DNA of 64,000 nt, from IMG/VR virus record IMGVR_UViG_3300047472_000449; one strand, 5' to 3'. How positions within the stretch are numbered: position 1 is the stretch's first letter; each line of letters begins with the position of its first letter. Source of the DNA: a virus. The translations under genes were made by a program, and so were the position numbers. This document shows, piece by piece, positions 28,610 to 38,760 of the stretch. Below the pieces are notes generated by a model. The model was not told where the DNA came from. It ran no database searches and saw only the letters and a list, made by a program, of their open reading frames with translations.

Positions 28610-29944
28610 TTAGGCGGCGTCTAGACCGCTGCCGTATTTGTTGATGGCCTTATCCATCTCGTTTTGCGACATCTTGATCGCGGCCTTTATGCTCAGATTT
28701 TTATCCGATAGGTATTCGATGTCCTGATAACTGCCCCTGGCTGTCGAGAGAATTTGCTCCTGTACTGGAACTTGGTGAACAGTTCCATTCTCGCCTTGGT
28801 AGGTGCTCACTGACATCAAGAAATCTTGGTCACTGATCAGCGCATACAGCTTGTCTGAGTTGATCGACGTTGGACGAGATTCGATCACCAGGAAGCCGTC
28901 TGTCTGCTTGGTCTGGATGGTGTACACACGTTCCACACACAACCTCACTGCATCGACCCCAAGGGCCTTCAGGTCATCCACGTGCGGCATTTCATTTTGC
29001 GCTATGGGCTTGCCGTTTACGTGTCTCCAGCGCTTCACTTGCTGCCATGAAATCAATATCTCGTGCTCTTTATCGGCAGTCATGACTTTCAGTGGCGTGC
29101 CCTTCTTGAGCTTCAGTATCGTGTCGGCAAATTCAAACGCGTTCTTGGGCTCGTAGAGATCAGTGGCGTTGTAAATGCTCAGCCGAGCATTGATTTCCTT
29201 CAGCTGATCGTTGTGCATGTTTGTACGCCGACTGGCACCATCTTCGAGAACTTTATGCAGATGCTCAGCCGTTCGAATGCCAATCAATGTATTGGGGTAC
29301 ATGGTTGCAACCATCGCCACGGATTTGTCGGGAGCAATGATGGCGGTTGGATAACTTACATCAGGAATGTCGTTATCGTAGAAAATGTTCTTATTGACTT
29401 CGGCTTGATAGCCATCTGGCAGATCGAATACAACGTTTTTGTGCTCGAAAAAATCCGGAAGAGGGTTCAGTTCTGTGTCTTTTAGGGACTCCAATATCGC
29501 GGGGATATTATCCTCTTGCTCAGAGTAGCCCACAATCCCTAAGGTGCCGTCCTCACGCTTGGTTCGAATCATGTAAGGCCCGTACGTTGAGCCAGGATCT
29601 CCGCAGAATTCGCTGATCTTCAGACGGGTGTCCTCTGGCCAAACCAATTCATAACCCCATAAATAATCGTTGTGATTGACACGAAAATTTGGGTCTTCCA
29701 GTGATATCTCACGGAACCAGTTGTTGTTTTTTTTATCAACCATGTACACAGCATCCTGATCGGCGTTTAACTCGGCCTTGCTGATGGTGCGCAGAAGGTT
29801 GGCCCACTTTTCGGACTTTTGCGCGTTGCTGAGTACTTCAGTCATGTTTTCATTGACGGCAAATTCAATATCGCTGAACTCTGCTTTGGCATGGCCGTTA
29901 TTAATGACCCACTTGTCTCCCAGGACACTGGTAATGGTTTTCAT
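28610..29944 (-). CDS. Hypothetical protein (444 aa)
   Basis: Long ORF; no family recognised. Confidence 0.75.
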   Translation of the reverse strand: MKTITSVLGDKWVINNGHAKAEFSDIEFAVNENMTEVLSNAQKSEKWANLLRTISKAELNADQDAVYMVDKKNNNWFREISLEDPNFRVNHNDYLWGYELVWPEDTRLKISEFCGDPGSTYGPYMIRTKREDGTLGIVGYSEQEDNIPAILESLKDTELNPLPDFFEHKNVVFDLPDGYQAEVNKNIFYDNDIPDVSYPTAIIAPDKSVAMVATMYPNTLIGIRTAEHLHKVLEDGASRRTNMHNDQLKEINARLSIYNATDLYEPKNAFEFADTILKLKKGTPLKVMTADKEHEILISWQQVKRWRHVNGKPIAQNEMPHVDDLKALGVDAVRLCVERVYTIQTKQTDGFLVIESRPTSINSDKLYALISDQDFLMSVSTYQGENGTVHQVPVQEQILSTARGSYQDIEYLSDKNLSIKAAIKMSQNEMDKAINKYGSGLDAA

Positions 29945-30065
29945 GGCATATGTCTCTTATTTTTTATTAATTATAGCATATAGCGCCTGTCGGATTCTAA
30001 CCCCCAGCAACCTGACATAAAAAAGCCCGCGTTAACGGGCTTGGTTTGCGAAGCACTAGGACTAG

Positions 30066-30866
30066 TTACTCATCGTTTTCATCGGGCTGTTTATCCTCCG
30101 GGTGTCGGTTCCACAACTTACGCAGTGCGTTGACGGCGTTTTCTTCGCTGCTCTCGCCGTATTGGCCGGTAGCCGAGATTTCACAGCCAGGACAGTCGAT
30201 AATCGCCGCAAAGCTGTTGTGCTCAACCTGATCAAATCGTACATTTTCCGAGGTGATTTCGGCACCACAAAAACGGCATGGCTCAAAGGACTCATCAGGA
30301 AACTTTGCAATAATGCGTGCAGAGTCATCCAGTATTCTTTTGTAGGCTGCTCGAATTTCTTCGGTCGCATTGATGAATAGATCAGCAGGGTCGATAAAAC
30401 CTTGCTGACGCGCTGTGCCGAAGCTCAACGCAATAACAGAGACCAATATTGATGCTTGCTCGGCGCCATCAGCAAACCGCAACTCTTCCTCGCTGGCGAC
30501 AAACAACTCTCCGTCTTCACCCTTCAGCCAATAAAATGGCAGAGTTTCGACATCAAACTGGTAATTGCCATTCTCACTGGTGATGATCGCCTCAACAAAC
30601 GTGGCCGGGCCATTTCGATGGCGATCCATGTCCATGCTTGCCTGGAATGTCAATGGGTGGCCACTCAAGGCTTTGGAGGCCTTGCGGCACATGGAGTACC
30701 AGGACTTGATCAGATCGAAGGTATCATCGGTGATGCGCCAGCCCAGTTCATAGGCTTCAAAATACGGAGAGGACGCCGGGAAGATGTTCTTCTTCGCACT
30801 GCCTCTTTGGCGCTCATGGCGCGCATAGTCGAAGATGTTGTTTTCGAACAGGGTGCTGAAGATCAT
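30066..30866 (-). CDS. Hypothetical protein with C-terminal Lar-like (restriction-alleviation) zinc-ribbon
   Basis: PCRFCG...IDCPGCE...EENAVNALRKLWNRH. Confidence 0.6.
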   Translation of the reverse strand: MIFSTLFENNIFDYARHERQRGSAKKNIFPASSPYFEAYELGWRITDDTFDLIKSWYSMCRKASKALSGHPLTFQASMDMDRHRNGPATFVEAIITSENGNYQFDVETLPFYWLKGEDGELFVASEEELRFADGAEQASILVSVIALSFGTARQQGFIDPADLFINATEEIRAAYKRILDDSARIIAKFPDESFEPCRFCGAEITSENVRFDQVEHNSFAAIIDCPGCEISATGQYGESSEENAVNALRKLWNRHPEDKQPDENDE

Positions 30867-31004
30867 CAGGACTCCAAAAGCTCAGGGATCGAATCGTTTT
30901 GATGGTGTCAATTATACGCCGTCACGCACATTTGTCAACTGTATTTACGGTTGTTTGCGTCAAATTATCATCTCCAGAATTTCATAAAGGAGATGATTGC
31001 GCCC

Positions 31005-31123
31005 ATAAAAAACCCCGGCCTAAGCTAGGGTTATTGATGCATCAGCTCTCGATCAACGATCCGGATTCGAACCGGGATGCTCGGTATGTCCGCGCAGCAC
31101 TATGCTGGACGAGCGAAGTAGCA
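31005..31123 (-). other. tRNA T-arm-containing structured 3' element plus terminator
   Basis: CCGG-TTCGAAT-CCGG at 31061-31075; no full cloverleaf. Confidence 0.45.
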
Positions 31124-31480
31124 TCACGCCTTTGGCGTAAATAGGCCAGCGGGTATCCCGTGCTCAGCATCCAGCTTCTTGATCATCGTCTCGGAGAGTG
31201 CAAGTTCGCCGGAGAGTACAGCCTGGACATCTGCGGCAGAACCAATTTGTGGTTCCAGATCAGCCGGTGTCAGCTTCAGGCGATCCATTTGGAGCTGTAG
31301 CATATACTCCTGAGGCGGCGCTTCAATCGGGAAGTGGATGCTTTCGTAAGCGTGGACGATTTCGACGAGTTGATTCAGCTCTTCGAGTTCTTCACCTTCC
31401 TGAGCGCCAAAGATTTCTTCGACGCGAGCCAGTGCCAACTCGTGCTCTTCGTGATTGTTGATGCTGGTGATCTTGTTCAT
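31124..31480 (-). CDS. Orphan HigA-like (HTH/XRE) antitoxin
   Basis: EEHELALARVEEIF...LVEIVHAYESIHFPIEAP...LTPADLEPQIGS...VLSGELALSETMIKKL...GIPA. Confidence 0.8.
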   Translation of the reverse strand: MNKITSINNHEEHELALARVEEIFGAQEGEELEELNQLVEIVHAYESIHFPIEAPPQEYMLQLQMDRLKLTPADLEPQIGSAADVQAVLSGELALSETMIKKLDAEHGIPAGLFTPKA

Positions 31481-31535
31481 GGTTCCCCCTTGATTGATCT
31501 GTATTTTACCCAAATTGGCCAGAGTTGATAAGGCC

Positions 31536-31949
31536 TCAATGCGAGCGCAGATCGATCAGGTCAGGCAGTTGGTAGCGGATCATGTCGCGCACAGCGGCAA
31601 AATACGCAAAACGGCATTGAACCTCAAACGGTTTGTCCTCGACATCTTTGAGCGATGTTTTGGCATCAAAACCGTGCGGCTCGGCATACTCGTGGTACAG
31701 CGCCTTCACGTGCTGGCGCAGGGCCGACTCGATGAAGTAGCCGTTAGGGTTGGCGATTTCACCGCGCTCAGCCTTGGCCTTGAGTTCCTTGTAAAACGAG
31801 TTGGTGCCAAAATTCAGCAACCGGCTCAGCGGCTTGTCGCGCATGCCCTCCCAGGTCTGGGTGGACAGGAAGTAAAACCACACGTGGCTCAACTGTTTGT
31901 CGCAGTGACGATAGAACGCTTTTTGGGAAAACAGGGCGTTAGCGAACAT
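31536..31949 (-). CDS. Hypothetical protein
   Basis: 137 aa; GGAG RBS; promoter at 31994-32022. Confidence 0.7.
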   Translation of the reverse strand: MFANALFSQKAFYRHCDKQLSHVWFYFLSTQTWEGMRDKPLSRLLNFGTNSFYKELKAKAERGEIANPNGYFIESALRQHVKALYHEYAEPHGFDAKTSLKDVEDKPFEVQCRFAYFAAVRDMIRYQLPDLIDLRSH

Positions 31950-32118
31950 TGCAACTCCTAGAGGGATAAAACCGTGTGGTTTTTGTTGGGGTTATTGTAT
32001 CAAAACCATCAATAAGTGTCAATGTCAGTGACAGCGCTTGTCGCAGTAGAATTGATGGCTTGCGGGAGGGAGTGAGGTGACATACCAACTTAGCGGCCAC
32101 CTTTTTAGGCATTTGCGG

Positions 32119-32361
32119 TCAATCTTCGTCCCAGTGGCCGGTCTGACCGACGATGTGCCAATTTCCGCCGTTCGTATACGTCCTGCCGAAGGTGGAGACA
32201 TTGAACTGAACACCCACATCGTCTACCAGCGAATAGAGCCCGATGTCTGCATTGATCAGCACTGCCTTGTATGGCGTGGCCAGCGTCAACTGATACTTCC
32301 CTTTGGCAGAAGGTGGGTATTTATCGAATACAATTTCAATTTCTGCCAGTCGCAAGCTCAT
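32119..32361 (-). CDS. Hypothetical protein
   Basis: 80 aa; perfect promoter at 32398-32426. Confidence 0.65.
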   Translation of the reverse strand: MSLRLAEIEIVFDKYPPSAKGKYQLTLATPYKAVLINADIGLYSLVDDVGVQFNVSTFGRTYTNGGNWHIVGQTGHWDED

Positions 32362-32476
32362 GCTGCTTTACCCTGCCGATCACCATTTAGTGTGATCATT
32401 ATAGGGCGAGCAGGCAATATTGTCAATGTCATTTTACATTGAGTGTTTTAAGGTTGTACCGGCTCACGCGGGCCAA

Positions 32477-33070
32477 TTATGCCGCAATGGGCTGGCGCAC
32501 GGCGTCGGTGTGTTGAGTGACGTTGACGGCTTTCAGGATCTGATGCGGGAAAAAGGCCCGCATGCTGCCCAAGCCGACATGCTCGTAAAACCAAAGATGC
32601 TTAACTTTTTCCATGCGCAGGCGCGCTTGGTTAAAGGGGTTGTGAAGCCACAGCCAAGGCTTGAGCAGGCAGGTACTGGTCTCGCTCTCCTGCACCAGAA
32701 CCTCTGTCAGTGGGCGCCCGTAGTTATAGTGCATCTGCCCCAGATCAGCGATGCGCGCTTTGGCTTTGAGGTCGTGGTGATCGGCCATCCAGGCATCCAG
32801 AATGCCCTGCCACTGCACCAGCAGCTGCGTAGTGACGTTGGTGGTGCTCAGCTCACTGAGGGCCACCACATGGCGTTCTTCGGAGTGGCCCCAGAGTTCC
32901 AGAGTCAACAGGCGGCGCCGGTAACCCAGAACCTTCATTTTGTTGTAGACCACAGTATTTGCTTCAAACGGCAAATGCGGGCACTGGATGGCGATGGCCC
33001 GGTCAAGCAGGACGACCACTTGATGGCTGAGTTGCCAGTTACGCCAGATGCGTGTCAGGGATTTGAACAT
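32477..33070 (-). CDS. Hypothetical protein
   Basis: 197 aa; GAGGA RBS. Confidence 0.65.
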   Translation of the reverse strand: MFKSLTRIWRNWQLSHQVVVLLDRAIAIQCPHLPFEANTVVYNKMKVLGYRRRLLTLELWGHSEERHVVALSELSTTNVTTQLLVQWQGILDAWMADHHDLKAKARIADLGQMHYNYGRPLTEVLVQESETSTCLLKPWLWLHNPFNQARLRMEKVKHLWFYEHVGLGSMRAFFPHQILKAVNVTQHTDAVRQPIAA

Positions 33071-33080
33071 CGTGTTGTCC

Positions 33081-33914
33081 TCAGGAATGACTGACAGGAA
33101 CTACGCTGGCGTTTTCATAGCGACTCGCCAGCGCCGTAGCTGCATTGAACCCGGCTACTACAAACACGGCCTCCGGCTCACCTTTCCGGCGAATCAGCAC
33201 CGCATGCGGCGCACGATGAGAATCCTCGATCCATTGCCCGCCGAACAAATCAGCGGCACGTACATCCCTGTCCTTGTTCACTACCAGCTCTAGGAATTTA
33301 ACGGCCATTTCAACAGGGCTAAGCTTGGAAAGGCTATCGCTATGCCCTTCTGGACGCACTGAGAGTGGTTCGGCCTGGGGGCTTTTCATCAGCGCCTGCT
33401 GATGACCAATAATGTAAGTGTTGATGGCAGCTTGCAGATCCTGATGCTCTGGCAGCAGGCTGTTCAGGACGCGAGAGAGAAGCTCTTGAAGATTCGGCAG
33501 CTCGTAGGCCAGCCTGTCGAGGCGCGGCAATGGCATACGATCAAAAAAATCACGCTGCTGCGCCTCAGTCGGTGGCTTGCCAAATGGCATTAGCTTGGGC
33601 GATGAGCGCATACAGTGATTGATGGCGGCGAAGTACGCATTGGCGAACTTAAACACGTCATCGTGCGAGCGATTTCCATGCAGGTGGTGCTCGACAAACT
33701 CACGGGGGCTCGGTAGAGCCGCAGTTTCGCCTTCAAGGATAGGGCGCATCGTTGATGCCTGCTGCTTGAACAGGTGTGCCATTATCCGGTGCGAATTAAT
33801 GTACGCCACAACCTCTTGCCGGTCTTTGAACTCTTGCATCAGCAGCTCTTCAAGGCTGGGCATTTTGCCCACAATTCCGTCAATTTTCGGCTTGTAAGTG
33901 TAATAGGCGTACAT
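33081..33914 (-). CDS. Hypothetical protein, paralog family with 39634, 40901, 42084
   Basis: Start MYAYYT (GGAG RBS); aligns by eye with 39634. Confidence 0.75.
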   Translation of the reverse strand: MYAYYTYKPKIDGIVGKMPSLEELLMQEFKDRQEVVAYINSHRIMAHLFKQQASTMRPILEGETAALPSPREFVEHHLHGNRSHDDVFKFANAYFAAINHCMRSSPKLMPFGKPPTEAQQRDFFDRMPLPRLDRLAYELPNLQELLSRVLNSLLPEHQDLQAAINTYIIGHQQALMKSPQAEPLSVRPEGHSDSLSKLSPVEMAVKFLELVVNKDRDVRAADLFGGQWIEDSHRAPHAVLIRRKGEPEAVFVVAGFNAATALASRYENASVVPVSHS

Positions 33915-34019
33915 CAATAGCTCCGACTGTGCGGCTTGTTCTGAGGGTTTCATTATACGCCACCCGGCTAAATTGTCAATATGAATTACCATGCGGTGGG
34001 GTGGGCGCCCTCCCCTTGC

Positions 34020-34901
34020 TCAGCCAGAAAACACGATCAGGGTGATGATCATCAGCCCCAGCAACAGGCTGTCACGCAGGTTGTGCGTCTTGTTTTTCTC
34101 GACAATCCACGAATAGCCGTAGCTCACAAAAATGATTCCGACGTTTCTCAGGATGGTGTACGTCTCGATGGCTGAGTGCTTGATGACGTAGCTGCTCAGG
34201 TACAGGGAAATGACAAAACACGCCACGATTTGAGAAATCGGCTTGAGTCGTAAATCGGCTTCTTTGAGGCGTTTATGTTCGCCATTGCTGAGCGCCAACG
34301 TCAGGAAGGTGATGGAGCTGAAGACATTGGCGGCAATCAGGTAATTGATGGCGTTGTATTCTTGCACCATTCTGCCGCCCAGGATGATCGCTATGGAGCC
34401 AAACAGTACGTTGGCGACCAGCAGATCAGCGCGCTTGCAGGTCTTGTTCCTTAGTTTTTTGCTGTAAAACAAAATCGTCAACAGCAACATGCAGCCGACC
34501 ATCGCGTACATGGAATAAGGGCTGTCGTACTGCTCTTTGACGGCGTGTTTGAAGTCAAACAAGTCCGTTAGCAGTGGCGTGAGTATCGGTATGGCTGAGA
34601 TTACGAGGAAGTTCGAGAAATAAAACACCTCCATGTTTTTCTCATTGTGCTTTCGCCCTTCGACTTGAACCATCAGCATGGCCACATTGAAGATCTGGGC
34701 TAAATAAAACCGGTAATCCGATAGAAACGCAAAAGACTCGCTGTCTATTTCATGGCCGTGTGCTGCCAACAAGATGGCTGACGCACACAGGCAAATGATG
34801 ACGGAGCAGGTGTATTTCACACTATAAAATCTGTTCTGTATTTTTTGAATATGAATAGCCAGAATTAGCCCAGCGAAGAGCATTAAATTGACGAGCATCA
34901 T
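34020..34901 (-). CDS. Polytopic membrane protein (possibly DMT/EamA-like)
   Basis: 293 aa, about 9-10 hydrophobic helices. Confidence 0.65.
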   Translation of the reverse strand: MMLVNLMLFAGLILAIHIQKIQNRFYSVKYTCSVIICLCASAILLAAHGHEIDSESFAFLSDYRFYLAQIFNVAMLMVQVEGRKHNEKNMEVFYFSNFLVISAIPILTPLLTDLFDFKHAVKEQYDSPYSMYAMVGCMLLLTILFYSKKLRNKTCKRADLLVANVLFGSIAIILGGRMVQEYNAINYLIAANVFSSITFLTLALSNGEHKRLKEADLRLKPISQIVACFVISLYLSSYVIKHSAIETYTILRNVGIIFVSYGYSWIVEKNKTHNLRDSLLLGLMIITLIVFSG

Positions 34902-35200
34902 CAGCCTGTAGGTTAGAGGAATTCAAGTCTTTGCTTGATTACTTATTATCTCACAAAAGCTTTTGTTCAATTGTCGCTGGAGTGGTTGCGGAAATAGCTC
35001 TTCGTGGTGAGTTACTATCAATTTGAGGTTGCTGATAGATAAAATCTACATAAGTGCTGGCTATGAGCCATTGACACGCATCGACCAATCGCTATGATCA
35101 GCACACCAGCCAAGCGCAAACCGGCTGGCCCATTTTCTTAGCAGTTAGCAGGCCCTAAAAACCATGAACACCACTACCTGCTTGAGAAATGGAGATTCAC

Positions 35201-35443
35201 ATGAAATATTCCGTACTGGCTCTGACCCTGGCCCTGTCGATGTCCGCCTCTGCCCTCGCGCTGGCTGAAGAAGCCCCTATCGTCATCAGTGTGGCAGCGA
35301 ACGACGCCAAGCCCGCTGAGGTGGCCTCTCAGGCAACCAATGCGCCTGTTGTGAAGCAGATCACTGCGAAAGCCGAACATCGTTCGCTGTCCGGCGATGC
35401 GACCCGACCAAAAAATCTGAATTGGGATCTGCGCAATCGCTGA
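35201..35443 (+). CDS. Secreted LRNR peptide, copy B (80 aa)
   Basis: Signal peptide MKYSVLALTLALSMSASALALA; ends ATRPKNLNWDLRNR; promoter TTGACA-16-TATGAT at 35071-35098. Confidence 0.85.
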   Translation: MKYSVLALTLALSMSASALALAEEAPIVISVAANDAKPAEVASQATNAPVVKQITAKAEHRSLSGDATRPKNLNWDLRNR

Positions 35444-35460
35444 TCAGCTCCTGCTGATAT

Positions 35461-35494
35461 GAAAAAGCCCAAGCAGCGATGCTTGGGCTTTTTG
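35461..35494. terminator. Bidirectional intrinsic terminator
   Basis: AAAAAGCCCAAGCA-GCGA-TGCTTGGGCTTTTT. Confidence 0.85.
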
Positions 35495-35515
35495 TTTACG
35501 GTGTATCAATCACTA

Positions 35516-38512
35516 TTAACCGCCACCTTGGCATACGCGGTTGCAGTAGTACGTGCCGGTAGCTTGCTGGTACTTTGGTTGTCCAGAGTAAGCTACGGTT
35601 TCTACGCGGTATGGAACCGCTGGATCGGCTGCCCAGCCACTGCCATTCCATGTGTAGCCAGCCGCGCCACGTTGCTGGTTACGGTAGCAGTAGGCAGTTT
35701 GAGTGAAGACCACGCCTTGGTTGTAGGACGAAGTAGCTGGTGCCCATCCACCACAGCTGTAGAAGTCACCTGCCCAAGCCCACGCTGAGAAATCCATCAG
35801 GTACGTTCTGTAGGTCGGCTGGCTGCCCAGCGTTTGTCCTTCAGCAACGGGGGCACCGACGTTACGATAAGCCCCTGTGTTGGTTTCATACTGACGATCT
35901 TGACGCGTACGGCTTTGGTTGACGTAGCAATAGGCCGTTTGGGTGAACTGCGTGGCAGTGGTGTAATTGCTAGGTGCCGGTGCAAAGGCGCCACAGCTGT
36001 ACAGGCCTGAAGAGTTGGCCCAAGCAGTGTACGTCGGAGTCGTGGCTACCCAGTTTTCTTTAGTGCCGGTTGCAGCACGAGTGCTCGGCTGATTACCCAC
36101 GGTCGTGTTTTCAGCTCTGTAAGGGCTGGCCGAATCCGGTGTCCATGAGCCATTGACCATGTAGTAGCCTGCACGACCACGCTGCATGTTTCTTTGGCAG
36201 TTGCTGGCCGATTGAGTAAATCCAGTACCCATGGTGACCGTGGATGGATCGGGTGACCAGTTGGTGCAGTTGTAAGGGTCACTGCTGAATACCCAGCCGT
36301 TGAAGTCTTCAAGGTAGGCACGGGTGTTGGATTGGCCTGTCGCAGTTTGTGTTTCGGCAACCGGCGACCCGCTATTGCGAATTGCCCCAGTGGTGGTCTC
36401 TGTTTCTCTGTTTTGTCTGCTGCGTGTCTGATCCACACTGCAATTGGTCGCAGTCTGAGTAAACTCTGTGCGTTCCGAGTAGGCGCTTCCCAGCGGTGCC
36501 CAGTTCGAGCAGTTGTACGGCGCTGCTACGTTGGCCCACGCGGTGTAGGCTGGTGTGGTGGCAACCCAAGTTTCCTTCACGCCAGTGGCGGTCTGGGTAT
36601 TGGTTTGACCTGTCAGTGTCTGAGCTTCTCCGGCTACAGTCACAGGTACGGTAGCGCCAGACTTATGATCCACATAGGACTCGGCACGGGTGCGCGTTTG
36701 ATCCTGTTTGCAGTCCGTGGCGGTCTGAGTAAAGCTCTGACCCACAGTGATGGTGGTCGGCGACGGAGACCAGTTCGAACAGGCATACTTGCCGTTGCTG
36801 TTTGTCCATGAACCCAGGGTCACGCTGTAAGTGCGAGTGGCCGACTGAGCGGTCAGGGTTTGGGCTTCAGCAACTACTGCACCTTTGTCACGGATGGCCA
36901 AGGTGGTGGACTCCTGCTCGCGATCCTGACGGTTGCGCGTCTGGTCAGTTTTGCAGTCGGTAGCCGTTTGAGTGAACGAACCTGTCGCCGTTTTGCTGGA
37001 GCCTGCTGGTGACCAGTTGCTGCACGCGTACTGACCGTTGGTGGTTGTCCACGCGGTGTACGTTGGGGTAGTCGCCATCCAGGTTTCTTTGGTGCCGGTC
37101 GCAGTCTGGGTGCTGGTCTGATTGCTCAGGGTTTGGCTTTCAACAGTGTTGCCTGCGGCGACAACAGATCCGGTTTTGTGATCGACATACGACTCAGTGC
37201 GAGCACGTTTTTGATCCTGTTTGCAGTCGGTTGCCGTCTGGGTGAAGCTCTGACCAATGGTGACAGTGGCCGGTGCCGGTGACCAGTTTGAGCAAGCGTA
37301 TTTCGCGCCGTTATCAGCCCAGGCAGCCAAGGTTACTGTGTAGCTGCGTGAGGCCGATTGACCTGTAAGCGTTTGTGCTTCAGCCACCGGAACGCCCTTG
37401 TTGCGGATCTCGCTGGTGTTCTGCTCCATTTCACGATCCTGACGCGTGCGCGCCTGATCGGTGGTGCAGTTGGTCGCGTTCTGCGTGAAAGTGCTGGTAC
37501 TGGTTTTGATCACCGGGTTCGGTGCCCAGTTGGTGCAGGCATTTTGCGCACTGGTATCGACCCAAGCAGTGTAAGTCGGTGTCGTGGCCATCCACTGCTC
37601 AAGCGTACCCGTCGATTCCTTGCTGCTGGCCTGACCGGTCAGCGTGCGGTTCTCGTTGGGCTTGGCTACTGGAACAACCAGATTGCTCTTATTGTCCTTG
37701 TAGGATTCAGCACGAGTACGGGTCTGATCCAGTTTGCAATCAGTGGCGTTCTGGGTGAATTTGATACCCTTGCCGATGGTTTCCACAGCCGGTGACCAGT
37801 TGGTACAGGCATAGCTTTCACCCACAGCTGTCCAGCTACCCAAGGTAACCGAATATGGCCGGGTCGCGGTCTGGCCATTCAGCGTCTGCTGCTCGGTGAT
37901 CGACTCGCCGTTGTTGCGAATTTCGGAGGTGAACTTCTCCTGTTCGCGTTCCTGGCGCTGGCGCTCCTGATCGGTTTTGCAAGTGCTGGAGGTTTGCGTG
38001 AAATTGCTTGTGGTGGAAAAGGTCGAAGGGTTTGGCGACCATGCCGTACAACCGTACAGCGCGTTGGTGTCGATCCAACTGGTGTAGGTCGGTGCAATGC
38101 CCAACCAGTTCTCCAGAATGCCGACCGCATCCCGCGTTGATGAGACGGTAACCTTCTGCTTGATCGTGTATCGAACGCCGTCCTTCACTTCTTCTTTGTT
38201 GATATTGTTCACACGATAATTCTGCGCACCTTTTTCCTGATCCTGAAGGCAGTCGGTCGCAGTTTGTGTGAAAGAAACACCCTTGCCCTGTGAGGACGTG
38301 GAGGGCGACCAGTTTGAACACCCGTACTTGTCGCCCACATCTTCCCACTGATCTTCGTACTTGGTGATCACCGTCCAGTTAGGTGGCAGATCTGACGAAA
38401 TCAGGGTGTAGTTGTAGCGAAATTTACTGGGTGATTCTGTTGCAGTTGCTGCATGGGCTCCCGTGGCGGTAGCGGCCACCAGGAATGCAAGGTGTAACGC
38501 GTGTAACTTCAT
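35516..38512 (-). CDS. Large secreted Cys/Trp-rich repeat protein, 11 modules (998 aa)
   Basis: Start MKLHALHLAFLVAATATGAHA; 11 C-x-x-[WF]-[SA]-P modules; ends CNRVCQGGG; paralog of 3317. Confidence 0.9.
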   Translation of the reverse strand: MKLHALHLAFLVAATATGAHAATATESPSKFRYNYTLISSDLPPNWTVITKYEDQWEDVGDKYGCSNWSPSTSSQGKGVSFTQTATDCLQDQEKGAQNYRVNNINKEEVKDGVRYTIKQKVTVSSTRDAVGILENWLGIAPTYTSWIDTNALYGCTAWSPNPSTFSTTSNFTQTSSTCKTDQERQRQEREQEKFTSEIRNNGESITEQQTLNGQTATRPYSVTLGSWTAVGESYACTNWSPAVETIGKGIKFTQNATDCKLDQTRTRAESYKDNKSNLVVPVAKPNENRTLTGQASSKESTGTLEQWMATTPTYTAWVDTSAQNACTNWAPNPVIKTSTSTFTQNATNCTTDQARTRQDREMEQNTSEIRNKGVPVAEAQTLTGQSASRSYTVTLAAWADNGAKYACSNWSPAPATVTIGQSFTQTATDCKQDQKRARTESYVDHKTGSVVAAGNTVESQTLSNQTSTQTATGTKETWMATTPTYTAWTTTNGQYACSNWSPAGSSKTATGSFTQTATDCKTDQTRNRQDREQESTTLAIRDKGAVVAEAQTLTAQSATRTYSVTLGSWTNSNGKYACSNWSPSPTTITVGQSFTQTATDCKQDQTRTRAESYVDHKSGATVPVTVAGEAQTLTGQTNTQTATGVKETWVATTPAYTAWANVAAPYNCSNWAPLGSAYSERTEFTQTATNCSVDQTRSRQNRETETTTGAIRNSGSPVAETQTATGQSNTRAYLEDFNGWVFSSDPYNCTNWSPDPSTVTMGTGFTQSASNCQRNMQRGRAGYYMVNGSWTPDSASPYRAENTTVGNQPSTRAATGTKENWVATTPTYTAWANSSGLYSCGAFAPAPSNYTTATQFTQTAYCYVNQSRTRQDRQYETNTGAYRNVGAPVAEGQTLGSQPTYRTYLMDFSAWAWAGDFYSCGGWAPATSSYNQGVVFTQTAYCYRNQQRGAAGYTWNGSGWAADPAVPYRVETVAYSGQPKYQQATGTYYCNRVCQGGG

Positions 38513-38760
38513 AGCGCACCTTATAGGTTTAATGGCTTTTATTATCGCTACAATAATATCACGCAAAGCGAAGGAATTACTGATTAAACGGTTAACTGTT
38601 GATTTATTTTTACGTAAAACACAAAACTTCTTTACGAAATGAACAATAGTCCTTAATGATAATTGATTCGCATCAATTATCTGATTTTTGTCGTCTTGTA
38701 GTAGCGTGACTTTCTGTCATTTTAAGCCGTCTCTTTGATAACAACTCAAAGGAGTGGGTC

